Part shown: positions 45,674 through 55,673 of the stretch, one piece after another
Numbering within the stretch: the first letter of the stretch is position 1
How the letters are laid out: every line of letters starts with the position of its first letter
NCBI GenBank assembly: GCA_038883775.1
Contig: JAVZLM010000006.1
Coordinates: 95,544 to 159,543 of the forward strand
Length of the DNA stretch: 64,000 nt
Reading direction: 5' to 3'
Source of the DNA: Candidatus Bathyarchaeia archaeon
GTDB lineage: Archaea > Thermoproteota > Bathyarchaeia > Bathyarchaeales > Bathycorpusculaceae
Made by a program: the position numbers and the translations under genes
Notes under the pieces: model-generated
What the model was told of the DNA's origin: nothing
Seen by the model: the letters and a program-made list of their open reading frames with translations, nothing else
The model's database searches: none

Positions 45674-47008
45674 ATGGCTTTAGAACGTTTAGGCTCCACG
45701 CTTTACGAAGCCCTAAGAAAGATTTTTAGGGCATCCGTTGTAGATGAGGCTGCTGTTAAAGAGTTAGTCCGTGATGTGCAGCGGGCTTTGCTTCAGGCAG
45801 ACGTTAACGTCCAGCTTGTCCTTGACATTTCCAAGCGCATAGAAGAAAGGGCATTAAAAGAGCAACTTCCGCCTGGCATCTCAAGAAGGGAGCATGTGAT
45901 AAAGGTTGTTTATGAAGAATTAACCCGTTTCTTAGGCGAAAAGCCAATCCCAATAAAAGTGGAGCCTGGAAAAAAGTTTACCATAATGCTTGTCGGCATT
46001 CAGGGCTCTGGAAAAACAACTGCCGCGGCAAAACTTGCCAGATACTTCCAGAAAAGAGGACTCAAACCAGCGCTAATCTGTGCAGACACCTATCGCCCGG
46101 GAGCCTATGCACAACTTCAGCAATTAGCAAATAGGATAAACGTGCCGTTATATGGGGACTTAAAAGCCAAAGATCCAGTTAAAATAGCGCTTGAGGGAAT
46201 AAGGCAGTTTAATGATAAAGAAGTGATAATTATTGACACTGCGGGACGCCACAAAGAAGAGCAAGAACTTATTAAAGAAATGAAAATGCTTGAGAAAAAC
46301 ATAAAACCCGACGAGGTTATGTTAGTGATTGATGGAACCATAGGTCAACAAGCCATGGTTCAAGCTAAAGCCTTCAACGAAGCCACACCAATAGGCTCCA
46401 TAATCGTAACAAAACTTGACGGTTCAGCAAGAGGCGGCGGAGCCCTCTCAGCAGTTGCAGCCACCGGCGCACCAATAAAATTCATCAGCACTGGCGAAAA
46501 AGTTGAGGACATAGAACCTTTTGTTCCATCCCGCTTTGTTGGAAGACTTTTGGGCATGGGCGATTTGGAAACCCTTCTTGAAAAGGTTCGTGAAGCGGAA
46601 ATAAGGGTTCCAGAAAAGAAGGCCAAGGCGATTTTAAGTGGAAAATTCACATTAACAGACATGTATGAGCAGTTTGAAGCCGTGAAAGGCATGGGTCCCT
46701 TCAGAAAACTTTTGAAAATGCTTCCAGGCATGTCCTACGATATCCCGGAAGACGCCCTAAACATGGCTGAAGACCGCCTAGAAAAATGGCGGGTAATGAT
46801 TCAATCAATGACGCCCGAAGAAAGGGATGACCCCAAAAAATTAAACGCCTCAAGAGTTAGACGGGTGGCAAGGGGTTCGGGGACAAGCGAAAAAGAAGTG
46901 AAAGAGCTCATAAAACAATATTTTCTTATGCGTCGCATGCTGAAGAGTTTGCGCAGGAAAAAGAAGCTGCCCTTTTTGGGAAAAAAGTTGCCCCTTGACA
47001 TAAGTTGA
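45674..47008 (+). CDS. srp54: signal recognition particle protein SRP54
   Basis: 'GIQGSGKTT', 'DTAGR', 'TKLDGSARGGG', M domain 'SMT.EER'. Confidence 0.97.
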   Translation: MALERLGSTLYEALRKIFRASVVDEAAVKELVRDVQRALLQADVNVQLVLDISKRIEERALKEQLPPGISRREHVIKVVYEELTRFLGEKPIPIKVEPGKKFTIMLVGIQGSGKTTAAAKLARYFQKRGLKPALICADTYRPGAYAQLQQLANRINVPLYGDLKAKDPVKIALEGIRQFNDKEVIIIDTAGRHKEEQELIKEMKMLEKNIKPDEVMLVIDGTIGQQAMVQAKAFNEATPIGSIIVTKLDGSARGGGALSAVAATGAPIKFISTGEKVEDIEPFVPSRFVGRLLGMGDLETLLEKVREAEIRVPEKKAKAILSGKFTLTDMYEQFEAVKGMGPFRKLLKMLPGMSYDIPEDALNMAEDRLEKWRVMIQSMTPEERDDPKKLNASRVRRVARGSGTSEKEVKELIKQYFLMRRMLKSLRRKKKLPFLGKKLPLDIS

Positions 47009-47021
47009 ACTGTACGAGAAT

Positions 47022-48371
47022 TTGAAGGATTGGCTTATGGAACTTTTGCAAAAAGCGTTAGAAATGCTTGAAAAATATCCATTATGCGACCACTGCTTGG
47101 GAAGACAGTTTGCCCTCCTTGGGCATAACATTGAAAATGATGAACGGGGAAGAGCACTAAAACTAAGCTTAACTCTACAAGCGCATATGTTGGCTCTCTC
47201 AAAGAAAAAAGAAGGCGCGAAGATTCTGAAGATTCTAGCAACCAACGGTTTCTCTGAAACAGCAGCGGAATTACTGCAAAAAATGAAAAAACACGTGACA
47301 GCGAAAAGTGTTCCGAAAATGTGCTTTTTATGCGAAGACAAATTCAAATCTCTCGACGAAATAGCGGAAAAGGCTCTTAAAGAGCTTGATGGTTATGAAT
47401 GTGGCAGTTTTTTGGTTGGGATAGAATTACCCGTTGCTGTAGAAGAGCGGGAAGATGAATTTAGGGCTGAGTTTGATGTTTTTTATGGCGAAAACATGCG
47501 AAACGAATTTGGCAGAGCTTTGGGGAAGAAAATTGCTGAGCAGAGTGGAAAAACCGTTGATTATAGGAAACCAGACATGGTCTTGCTCATAAACCCTTTC
47601 ACTGAGAAGATAAAGCTTCAACCGAACCCACTCTACATTGCTGGAAGCTACAAAAAACTTGTAAGGGGAATCCCCCAGTCCAAATGGTTCTGCTCCAACT
47701 GTCATGGAAAAGGGTGCGAAAAGTGCAATTGGACAGGAAAAATGTACCCAGAATCAGTGGAAGAGATAATTGCAAAACCCTTTTTAGACGCCACAGAAGG
47801 CACTAAAGCATCCTTCCACGCCAGTGGAAGAGAAGACATTGACGCCCGCATGCTTGGTAAAGGCAGACCCTTCATAATCCAACTCACAAAACCCAAAAAA
47901 CGTTTCATAGACCTTAAAAAAATAGAAGAAATCGTTAATTCTTACGCTAAAGGTAAGGTTGAAATATCCAACCTGCGTTTTGCAGACAAAGCTGCTGTCC
48001 GAAGGCTGAAAAAAGCGGAGTCTACACAGAAAGAATATCGCGTGATTGTGAAGTTTGAAGACAAAGTTTCAAGCGATGATGTTCGCCTTCTTGAAGAAAA
48101 GTTAACAAATGTCGTGGTTAAGCAAAGAACTCCATTGCGTGTTTTGCATAGACGGGCGGACTTGACACGGGAAAAGTACATATACGAGGTTAAAGTAAAG
48201 AAGTTGTCGCCTAAAAAGGTTGAAATGAGAATACGTTGTCAAGGAGGGCTGTATGTTAAAGAATTGGTGACTGGAGATGATGGAAGAACAACCCCCAGCG
48301 TTTCAGGAATTCTCAAAAACAAAGCGAAGCCCATAAAGCTTGATGTTTTAAATGTTATTATGGAAGAGTGA
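47022..48371 (+). CDS. pus10: tRNA pseudouridine(54/55) synthase Pus10
   Basis: 'LCDHCLGRQF', 'GREDIDARMLG.GRPF', 'QRTP.RV.HRR', 'GGLYVKELV.GD.GRT.PS'. Confidence 0.95.
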   Translation: MKDWLMELLQKALEMLEKYPLCDHCLGRQFALLGHNIENDERGRALKLSLTLQAHMLALSKKKEGAKILKILATNGFSETAAELLQKMKKHVTAKSVPKMCFLCEDKFKSLDEIAEKALKELDGYECGSFLVGIELPVAVEEREDEFRAEFDVFYGENMRNEFGRALGKKIAEQSGKTVDYRKPDMVLLINPFTEKIKLQPNPLYIAGSYKKLVRGIPQSKWFCSNCHGKGCEKCNWTGKMYPESVEEIIAKPFLDATEGTKASFHASGREDIDARMLGKGRPFIIQLTKPKKRFIDLKKIEEIVNSYAKGKVEISNLRFADKAAVRRLKKAESTQKEYRVIVKFEDKVSSDDVRLLEEKLTNVVVKQRTPLRVLHRRADLTREKYIYEVKVKKLSPKKVEMRIRCQGGLYVKELVTGDDGRTTPSVSGILKNKAKPIKLDVLNVIMEE

Positions 48372-48382
48372 ATGGTGAGAAA

Positions 48383-48679
48383 ATGAAAAAATCAAAGGGA
48401 TATCGCACGAGAACACGGCGTCTTTTAAAAAAGAACCCGCGAGAGCGGGGCAAAATAAGAATAAGCAAACTTCTACACGAATATGCGCCTGGAAGCTCTG
48501 TTGTCATCAAAATAGACCCCAGCGTACATAAGGGTATGCCCCACAAACGTTATCATGGTAAAATCGGCAAGGTAGTTGAAAAGAGGGGAAGAAGCTACAT
48601 TGTGAGCGTCACTCAAGGAGATGCCGTTAAAGAAATTATTGTTAGACCCGAACATTTAGAACCATATAAAAGTGATTGA
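48383..48679 (+). CDS. rpl21e: 50S ribosomal protein L21e
   Basis: 'SKGYR.RTR', 'GMPHKRYHGKIG', 'VRPEHL'. Confidence 0.97.
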   Translation: MKKSKGYRTRTRRLLKKNPRERGKIRISKLLHEYAPGSSVVIKIDPSVHKGMPHKRYHGKIGKVVEKRGRSYIVSVTQGDAVKEIIVRPEHLEPYKSD

Positions 48680-48680
48680 A

Positions 48681-49019
48681 ATGCCAAAAAGCGATACAAC
48701 AGAAAAGAAACTTACTCTTCCAGAAGTCAAAAAAATATTAGAGTCCATAGGCGAAGAAAAATTGGACCAGTTTCAACGCCGCACCTTTGATTATGTATCC
48801 AAATTCTCCAAAGTTGACGCTGAAGCGGCTGAAAAACTTGTAGAAAAGCTTGCGAAAGAATTTGGTTTAGACGAGGAAGAAGCTGTTTCGGTGGTTAATT
48901 GCATGCCAAAAAGTGTTGAAGAATTGAGGGTTTTTCTTGCTGGTGGCCGCAAAATTATTGAAGCCTCGAAATTGGAAGCCATAGTTAACCTGTTAAATAA
49001 ATATAGAAAATTGAAATAA
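48681..49019 (+). CDS. rpoF: RNA polymerase subunit F (Rpo4)
   Basis: 'LTLPEVK.IL', 'Q.RT.DY..KFSK', 'VNCMPKSVEELR'; conserved rpl21e-rpoF-DUF655-ksgA order. Confidence 0.92.
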   Translation: MPKSDTTEKKLTLPEVKKILESIGEEKLDQFQRRTFDYVSKFSKVDAEAAEKLVEKLAKEFGLDEEEAVSVVNCMPKSVEELRVFLAGGRKIIEASKLEAIVNLLNKYRKLK

Positions 49020-49065
49020 CGGTTTACCATAATTTTTAAACAGCCAAAACAAAATAAAGGCGAAT

Positions 49066-49635
49066 ATGATGGAGAAGCGCTACGAAGAGTACGCCTATGT
49101 TCTAGATTTTCTCCCCCATGGCAGACCAGGGGTGAGGGTTTCTGGTAGGGCTGGCTATCGAACTGGAGCCTTAGTTCAGCTGGTTGGTGAGGAGTTTTTT
49201 ACTCTTTTAGAGGCGCTTGTAAAGGAAGGCGTGACACTTAAGCCATACGACCGTGTTTATGTTGGTAAGGATGCCCGCGAAGAAATCACATATATTATTG
49301 GGCGAGTGAGCTATGAGGAGTTGACTGCGGCGGCGAAAATGGAGCTTCCTTCTGTGATTAGTCGAATAGTTTTAAATCGTGAACAATGGTTCATAAACTT
49401 CTTTAACACGGCACGCGCTGTGACACCGCGGATGCACGCTTTAGAGTTGATTCCCGGAATTGGTAAAAAGTATATGTGGCAAGTTATAAACGAACGTGAG
49501 AAAAAGCCTTTCGAAAGCTTTGATGATTTGCAAAAGCGAACCGAACTGCCGAATCCCGTTAAGCTGATTACGAAAAGGATTTTGGAAGAGTTGGCTGGAG
49601 AGAGCAAATATCGCCTTTTTACGAGGGCACAATAA
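49066..49635 (+). CDS. DUF655 putative RNA-binding protein
   Basis: 'EEYAYVLDFLP.G', 'FTLLE', 'LELIPGIGKK' HhH. Confidence 0.92.
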   Translation: MMEKRYEEYAYVLDFLPHGRPGVRVSGRAGYRTGALVQLVGEEFFTLLEALVKEGVTLKPYDRVYVGKDAREEITYIIGRVSYEELTAAAKMELPSVISRIVLNREQWFINFFNTARAVTPRMHALELIPGIGKKYMWQVINEREKKPFESFDDLQKRTELPNPVKLITKRILEELAGESKYRLFTRAQ

Positions 49636-49663
49636 CATAAAGTGAGTGTGTTAACAAAATAAA

Positions 49664-50485
49664 ATGAATCTTTTAGAAAGAACGAAGTTTCTGCTTCGAA
49701 AATATCGAATATATCCGAAGAAGAGTTTGGGACAAAACTTTCTAATCGACTCTTCAATTTTTCAGCTTTTGGCTGAATATTGTTCGCTGAATTCTAAGGA
49801 TGTGGTATTAGACATTGGTGCGGGATTTGGCTTTCTAACTCGTTTTTTGGCTGGCTTGTGCGGCGAAGTTTTGGCTGTGGAATCTGACAAGAGGCTTGTG
49901 AAGGTTTTGCTGGAACAGCTCAAGGGTTTGTCTAATGTGAAAATAATTTGGGGTAATGTGCTGAAGGTGGGGCTTCCGCATTTTAATAAAATTGTTTCAA
50001 TTCCGCCTTACCATATTTCTTCACCTCTGCTCTTATGGCTTTTCGGCAAGAATTTTGATTGTGCAGTTTTCATTTTTCAAAAGGAGTTTGCACATCGTCT
50101 TTCTGCATCCGTTGCAAGTGAAGATTATGGGTGGTTGGCTGTTGTTGCTTATTATTATGTAGATATTGAAGTTTTTGATGATGTACCCAAATGGATGTTT
50201 TATCCGCAGCCAGAAGTTGACTCTGTTATTGTACGTTTAAAACCGAAAAAGCCAAAACCTTTCAATTTGAAAAGCGAAGACTTCTTCATTCGTTTGACAC
50301 AATCACTTTTTACACATCGCAACAGAAAGGCGAGAAACGCTATTTTGCCATTCCTAAAAGGGCTGCGTGGCATAAGCGTTGATGAAGTGATTAAGAAAAT
50401 TGAGCATCTCCCATTCTATAATAAACGAGTGAGAGAGTTGGCGCCTGAAGATTTTGGAGCGTTAGCAAATGCCCTTGTCGAATAA
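49664..50485 (+). CDS. rsmA: 16S rRNA adenine dimethyltransferase KsgA/RsmA
   Basis: 'KSLGQNFL', 'DIGAG.G.LT', 'PYHISS', 'F.P.PEVDS'. Confidence 0.93.
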   Translation: MNLLERTKFLLRKYRIYPKKSLGQNFLIDSSIFQLLAEYCSLNSKDVVLDIGAGFGFLTRFLAGLCGEVLAVESDKRLVKVLLEQLKGLSNVKIIWGNVLKVGLPHFNKIVSIPPYHISSPLLLWLFGKNFDCAVFIFQKEFAHRLSASVASEDYGWLAVVAYYYVDIEVFDDVPKWMFYPQPEVDSVIVRLKPKKPKPFNLKSEDFFIRLTQSLFTHRNRKARNAILPFLKGLRGISVDEVIKKIEHLPFYNKRVRELAPEDFGALANALVE

Positions 50486-51083
50486 GAAAGTGTTCTTTAA
50501 AAATTATGTTTTCTATGTGTCGGAAAATGTTTACGAGCCAGCTGAGGATTCGTTTCTATTTGCTGAGAATTTTAGGGTTAGGGAGGGCGATTTTGTTCTT
50601 GACATGGGTACTGGCTGTGGCATATTGGGCATAATTGCTGCAGAGAAAGCGTTTCATGTGGTTGCTGTTGACGTAAACCCTTACGCTGTGCGCTGTGCAA
50701 AGGAAAATGCAAAACTGAATCATGTTTTGGATAAAATGTCCTTTATACAAGGTGATTTGTTCTCTCCGCTAAGGGAAGAGGAAATGTTTGATTTAATCCT
50801 TTTTAATGCGCCTTATTTGCCTACAAAATGTAGAAAGGCTGATTTTTGGCTTGAACGAGCTTGGGCTGGAGGACGACGGGGCAGAGAAGTTATTGACTTT
50901 TTCATAAATGAAGCGCCAATCCATCTTAAACCTAAAGGGCGTATTCTTTTAATGCAGTCATCGCTTTCTAATGTTAACGAAACATTACAAAAGTTTGAAA
51001 GGAATGGTTTAAAGGCAAATGTAATCGCTAAGAAGGCTTTGCCCTTTTTTGAGGCATTATTTCTCGTAGAGGCGGAGCGGTAA
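50469..51083 (+). CDS. HemK2/PrmC-like methyltransferase
   Basis: 'VYEPAEDSFL', 'DMGTGCG', 'FNAPYLP', 'GG..G..VI'. Confidence 0.9.
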   Translation: MPLSNKKVFFKNYVFYVSENVYEPAEDSFLFAENFRVREGDFVLDMGTGCGILGIIAAEKAFHVVAVDVNPYAVRCAKENAKLNHVLDKMSFIQGDLFSPLREEEMFDLILFNAPYLPTKCRKADFWLERAWAGGRRGREVIDFFINEAPIHLKPKGRILLMQSSLSNVNETLQKFERNGLKANVIAKKALPFFEALFLVEAER

Positions 51084-51121
51084 ATTAATCTACTTATGAG
51101 TTAAGTTCAAGATGCTCTTTT

Positions 51122-51736
51122 TCATAAGATTTGTTTCTGTAACCTTAACTCATCTCTGATTGGTAGTCCGCCTATCCCTTTTAAGACCATGCCATGTTTC
51201 TCCGCTATAACGTTTTGTTTTATTTCGTAAATCTGAAAGCCTATGCTTTGGTAAAATGCTAAGGCTGGCAAATCATCATTTGATGTTGAAACAAGCAATT
51301 TTTTCTTGCATAATCGTTTAGCTTCCTCTTCAACTTTTTCTACTAGGCTTTTGCCTATGTTTAAATTTTGGTATTGTGGAAGCACCCCCAGAGCCACGAT
51401 TAAGACGGCGTCTTCTATTTCAGCGAAAGCAACAAAACCAACTGTTTGCCCTTTTACTTTTGCAACGTATGCTGGAAGCTCTGCAACAAGAAATTTTTTG
51501 TCGAAGGTTAACTGCTCCTGTTCTTGCCAAAAACGTTCAACAAACTGTCTAATTTTGTTTTTCTCTTCTTTTGTTTTCGCCTTTATAACCGTGTATTTCA
51601 GCGTAGTTTTTCTGAGGCAGAAAGTGCATATGGTTCGAATTTTTGTATGTGCACCACAAAGCAATTTGCCGCAAACAGCGCACTTGTAAATTGCGGGATT
51701 GTCACAAAATTTGCAACTCATAATGCTTTGCTCCAA
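51122..51736 (-). CDS. GNAT acetyltransferase with N-terminal Zn-finger-like domain
   Basis: 'CKFC...CAVC...C..H...CTFC' then 'STSNDDLPALAFYQ..GF...G..GLPIRDE'. Confidence 0.85.
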   Translation of the reverse strand: MEQSIMSCKFCDNPAIYKCAVCGKLLCGAHTKIRTICTFCLRKTTLKYTVIKAKTKEEKNKIRQFVERFWQEQEQLTFDKKFLVAELPAYVAKVKGQTVGFVAFAEIEDAVLIVALGVLPQYQNLNIGKSLVEKVEEEAKRLCKKKLLVSTSNDDLPALAFYQSIGFQIYEIKQNVIAEKHGMVLKGIGGLPIRDELRLQKQIL

Positions 51737-51980
51737 TGCAAGTTTTAGACTGTTATATGTTGTAACATAATTTTATGTTTGCTGTTTTGCTATAATTGGA
51801 TAGTTTTTTCATGTTGGTTTGGTTGTTTTCTTTTGCAATAGTGACTACCCTCTCTAGGTTTTTGTGCTTTGAGCTTTGTTAGGATTGAATTATGCCTTTT
51901 GCAACAGACAAAATTGTGTTAAAAAGCTATATAACGAGAAAGTTTCAGTATTGCTAGAAAAGTTTGAGGTGTTCGTAGCG

Positions 51981-52502
51981 ATGTGCGTTTTGGGTAAGGA
52001 TAGGCTTAAGGAACTTATTGAGAAGTATAAGTGCATATACCCATACGACTATAATTTGCTTGATGGAGACAGCTATGTGTTAACAGTGAAGGAGGAGACG
52101 ACGCTTAACTATTTGGAGCATAAAAACTTAATAACTTATGAAATTGTTTTCGTTCCACCAGATTTTGTGGCGCATTTGACGGCTAAAAGCAAATACGGCA
52201 GAATGGGCTTGTCCTTTTTGAATGCGGCAAAGGTTCACAGCGGCTTTGTTGGAAGACTTGCTTTGGAACTTGTAAACTTGAGCAATGAACGCTGTCCAAT
52301 CACGATTAAGCGTGGAGACCCCTTTATGCATATAGAATTTGTAACCCGCGAGGGTACCCCTTCTCCGTATACTGGAGAGTATCAATTTCAGTATTTAACT
52401 GATGAGGAAGTGCACATGTATATTCCAATTTTGAGGGGCGTATTTCCAAATTATGACGAACTTGCAAAAATATGGTTCAGAAACAAGCGACTACAACCCT
52501 AA
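51981..52502 (+). CDS. dcd: dCTP deaminase/dUTPase family protein
   Basis: 'KSKYGRMGL', 'VHSGFVGRLALELVN', 'Y.G.YQ.Q'; GAGGTG SD. Confidence 0.8.
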   Translation: MCVLGKDRLKELIEKYKCIYPYDYNLLDGDSYVLTVKEETTLNYLEHKNLITYEIVFVPPDFVAHLTAKSKYGRMGLSFLNAAKVHSGFVGRLALELVNLSNERCPITIKRGDPFMHIEFVTREGTPSPYTGEYQFQYLTDEEVHMYIPILRGVFPNYDELAKIWFRNKRLQP

Positions 52503-52630
52503 AAGTGAAGTTTTAAAAGCCAATTTTTGATTTTTAAAATTGATTCTGGATTCATAACTTTAATCAAAAAGGGTGCTCAACAAATCGTTTAAATACCGCG
52601 GTTATGGTATGCAAAAGGAGAGGATTTAAA

Positions 52631-53149
52631 ATGCGTGCACGCAATTACAGAGCCTCTAAAGGGCAACCCTACACTAGAAAAGAGTTTGTGAAGGGGTTTC
52701 CGCCGCCTAAAATAACCAAGTTCACTATGGGAGATACTAAAGCAAAATTTGAGTATGAAGCCAAACTTATAGCCTTACAAAGGGCTCAAATCCGCCACAA
52801 CGCCCTAGAAGCGGCTCGGGTGGCGATAAACCGTGTTTTAATGGATAAACTTGCAAACAATTATCGCTTACATATTCATCCTTACCCCCATGTTATTCTT
52901 AGAGAAAACAAAATGATTTTTGGCGCCCATGCAGACCGCCTTCAAGATGGTATGAGAAGGGCTTTTGGAAAACCCATCGGAACGGCAGCCCGAATAGAGC
53001 CAAACCAAACAATTGTTACAGTAAATGTGAATGCAGATGGCATTGACGCTGCCAAAGAAGCCTTGAGGCGTGGAAGCGCCAAACTTCCTATTCCATGCAG
53101 AATAATAATTGAAAAATCACCAATAGAAGAGGTGAAAACCCTTGAGTGA
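52631..53149 (+). CDS. rpl10e: 50S ribosomal protein L10e (uL16)
   Basis: 'QIRHNALEAAR', 'GAHADRLQDGMRRAFGKP.G.AAR'. Confidence 0.97.
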   Translation: MRARNYRASKGQPYTRKEFVKGFPPPKITKFTMGDTKAKFEYEAKLIALQRAQIRHNALEAARVAINRVLMDKLANNYRLHIHPYPHVILRENKMIFGAHADRLQDGMRRAFGKPIGTAARIEPNQTIVTVNVNADGIDAAKEALRRGSAKLPIPCRIIIEKSPIEEVKTLE

Positions 53150-55610
53150 AATGCGAAAAGATTTAGTCATATGGTTTGAAAACCTAAGAAGAACAGATAT
53201 TCCTCTTGTGGGCGGCAAAAATGCAAACCTTGGCGAAATGACAAGTGCGGGCATACCAGTTCCGCCGGGTTTTGCCATAACTGCTTATTCGTACAAAAAA
53301 TTCATTGAAGAAACTGGGATAGCCTCAAAAATTTATGAGATTATAGGAAAAACCGTTACAAATCCAAGCGACCCGGCGCAGTATGAGATAGCTTCTAAAA
53401 AGATTCGTGAACTCATAGAATCAACTCCAATGCCAAAAGAGATTGAGAATGCCATAAAATCCGCTTATGAAGAATTATGCAAAAAACTTGGAGTAAAAGA
53501 GGTTTTTGTGGCTGTGCGCTCAAGTGCCACTGCAGAAGACCTTCCAGACGCTTCCTTTGCTGGGCAACAAGAGACATACTTGAATGTTAAGGGCGTTGGT
53601 GAGGTTCTTGAGAAGACTGTTAAGTGTTGGTCAAGCCTCTTCACACCAAGAGCAATTTTCTACAGGACCGAAAAAGGCTTCGCTCATGAAAGGGTTCTGA
53701 TAAGTGTTGGAGTTCAAAAAATGGTTAATTCTAAGGCTGCAGGCGTAATTTTCACCATAAACCCCGTCACGGGCGACCCCAACCAGATAGTCATTGAGGG
53801 CAATTATGGTTTGGGGGAGGCTGTTGTTTCTGGGGCTGTAACGCCTGACGATTTTATTGTTGATAAGAATACTATGAGGATAATTGAGAAGCGTATATCA
53901 AAGAAAAAAGTTCAGTATGTTCGTGACCCAACCACTGGCAAAACAGTTCATGTGGAAGTGCCGTTAGAAAAGCAAGCGCAGCCTTGTTTAACGGATGAGG
54001 AAATTCTTAAACTTGCGGAATTGGCAAGGCGCATCGAAAAGCATTATGGGAAACCCCAAGACATTGAATGGGCAATTGACAATGATTTACCCTTCCCAAA
54101 CAACGTTTTCATAGTGCAATCCAGACCCGAAACTGTTTGGAGCCTAAAAATGGCAGAAACCCCCAAAGTTGAAGCTGCAATTAAGCCTACTGAAGAGTTA
54201 AAAGTGGTTGTTAAGGGAATCGCTGCTGGCAAAAGAGGCTTCGGCTTAGGCAAGGCAAAAGTTGTTCTAAACCCGCAAGAGGCTGCAAAAGTCATGCAGA
54301 AAGGCGACATCCTCGTCACAGACATGACTAACCCCGATTATGTGCCTTTCATGAAACTTGCAAGCGCCATAGTCACAGACAAGGGTGGAGTAACATGCCA
54401 CGCAGCCATCGTAAGCCGAGAACTTGGCATACCATGTGTTGTGGGAACAGAAAACGCTACAAAACTTATGGTTAGCGGCAAGGAATACACTGTGGATTCG
54501 CGGAGCGGTGTTGTTTATGAAGGAATAATTCCAACCCTAACAGAACAACTTTCTTCAGCCTCTGGAGTTTCTTCTTCATCGCAAACTGTTGTCGCTGGAA
54601 CCTTCCAATCTGTACCAGTAACAGCTACGAAGATTTACATGAATTTGGGCGTGCCAGAAAAAATTGAAGAATACAAGGATTTGCCTTTTGAGGGAATAGG
54701 GCTTATGCGCATCGAGTTCATTCTAGCCAGCTACATAGGCGAACACCCACTATACCTTATCGAAACTGGGCAATCTCAGAAATTCGTGGACAAGCTTGCT
54801 GAAGGAATAGCAACCGTTGCAAGGGCTATCCAACCCCGTCCCGTAGTTGTGCGCTTCAGTGACTTTAAAACAAACGAATATAGAGAGTTGAAGGGCGGCG
54901 AGAAATACGAAATTGTGGAAGCCAACCCCATGCTTGGTTGGAGAGGATGCAGCCGCTACATAAGTCCATGGTATGAAAAAGCGTTTAGGCTTGAGTGTCA
55001 AGCAATAGTGAAATGCCGCAAAGAATGGGGACTCAAAAACGTCTGGGTTATGCTGCCCGTGGTGCGCACTGTTTGGGAAGCCAAAAAAGTCTTAGAAATC
55101 ATGCGAGAAGAAGGACTGGAAAGGTCAAAAGACTTTAAAGTTTGGTTTATGGCTGAAACCCCATCAATCGCCATACTCGCTGATGAGTTTTCAAAACTTT
55201 GCGATGGCTTTTCCATAGGTTCAAACGACATGACTCAAGGCATATTAATGATTGACAGGGACTCCGAACGACTTGGACAAATGGGATACTTCGATGAAAG
55301 AGACCCTGCCGTTAAAAGGATAATTGCTCACTTAATCAAGGTGGCTCATGAAAATGGCGCTACAGTTTCCATATGCGGTGAAGGTCCATCAAATCTGCCC
55401 GACTTTGCAGAGTTTCTTGTTAGAGCGGGAATTGACAGCATATCAGTAAACAACGATGCTGTAGTTGCAACGAAAAAGCTTGTTGCGAGCATAGAACAGA
55501 AGATAATCTTGGAGCAGCTCGCCGAACAGAAAGAAAGAGCTTTTGGGCGTGCGGTTCGAAAACCAAAAGAAGATTGGGAATGGTCGCCTCAGTGGGGCGA
55601 AACAGAATAG
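53142..55610 (+). CDS. ppsA: phosphoenolpyruvate synthase
   Basis: 'VGGKNANLGEM', 'RSSATAEDL..ASFAGQQ', 'GGVTCHAAIVSRELG', 'GSND'. Confidence 0.96.
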   Translation: MSEMRKDLVIWFENLRRTDIPLVGGKNANLGEMTSAGIPVPPGFAITAYSYKKFIEETGIASKIYEIIGKTVTNPSDPAQYEIASKKIRELIESTPMPKEIENAIKSAYEELCKKLGVKEVFVAVRSSATAEDLPDASFAGQQETYLNVKGVGEVLEKTVKCWSSLFTPRAIFYRTEKGFAHERVLISVGVQKMVNSKAAGVIFTINPVTGDPNQIVIEGNYGLGEAVVSGAVTPDDFIVDKNTMRIIEKRISKKKVQYVRDPTTGKTVHVEVPLEKQAQPCLTDEEILKLAELARRIEKHYGKPQDIEWAIDNDLPFPNNVFIVQSRPETVWSLKMAETPKVEAAIKPTEELKVVVKGIAAGKRGFGLGKAKVVLNPQEAAKVMQKGDILVTDMTNPDYVPFMKLASAIVTDKGGVTCHAAIVSRELGIPCVVGTENATKLMVSGKEYTVDSRSGVVYEGIIPTLTEQLSSASGVSSSSQTVVAGTFQSVPVTATKIYMNLGVPEKIEEYKDLPFEGIGLMRIEFILASYIGEHPLYLIETGQSQKFVDKLAEGIATVARAIQPRPVVVRFSDFKTNEYRELKGGEKYEIVEANPMLGWRGCSRYISPWYEKAFRLECQAIVKCRKEWGLKNVWVMLPVVRTVWEAKKVLEIMREEGLERSKDFKVWFMAETPSIAILADEFSKLCDGFSIGSNDMTQGILMIDRDSERLGQMGYFDERDPAVKRIIAHLIKVAHENGATVSICGEGPSNLPDFAEFLVRAGIDSISVNNDAVVATKKLVASIEQKIILEQLAEQKERAFGRAVRKPKEDWEWSPQWGETE

Positions 55611-55673
55611 TTAACTTTCCATATTCTCTCTTTAAAGCGTTTTAAATTTTTAGTGTCTTTGGGTGTTGTGTAA

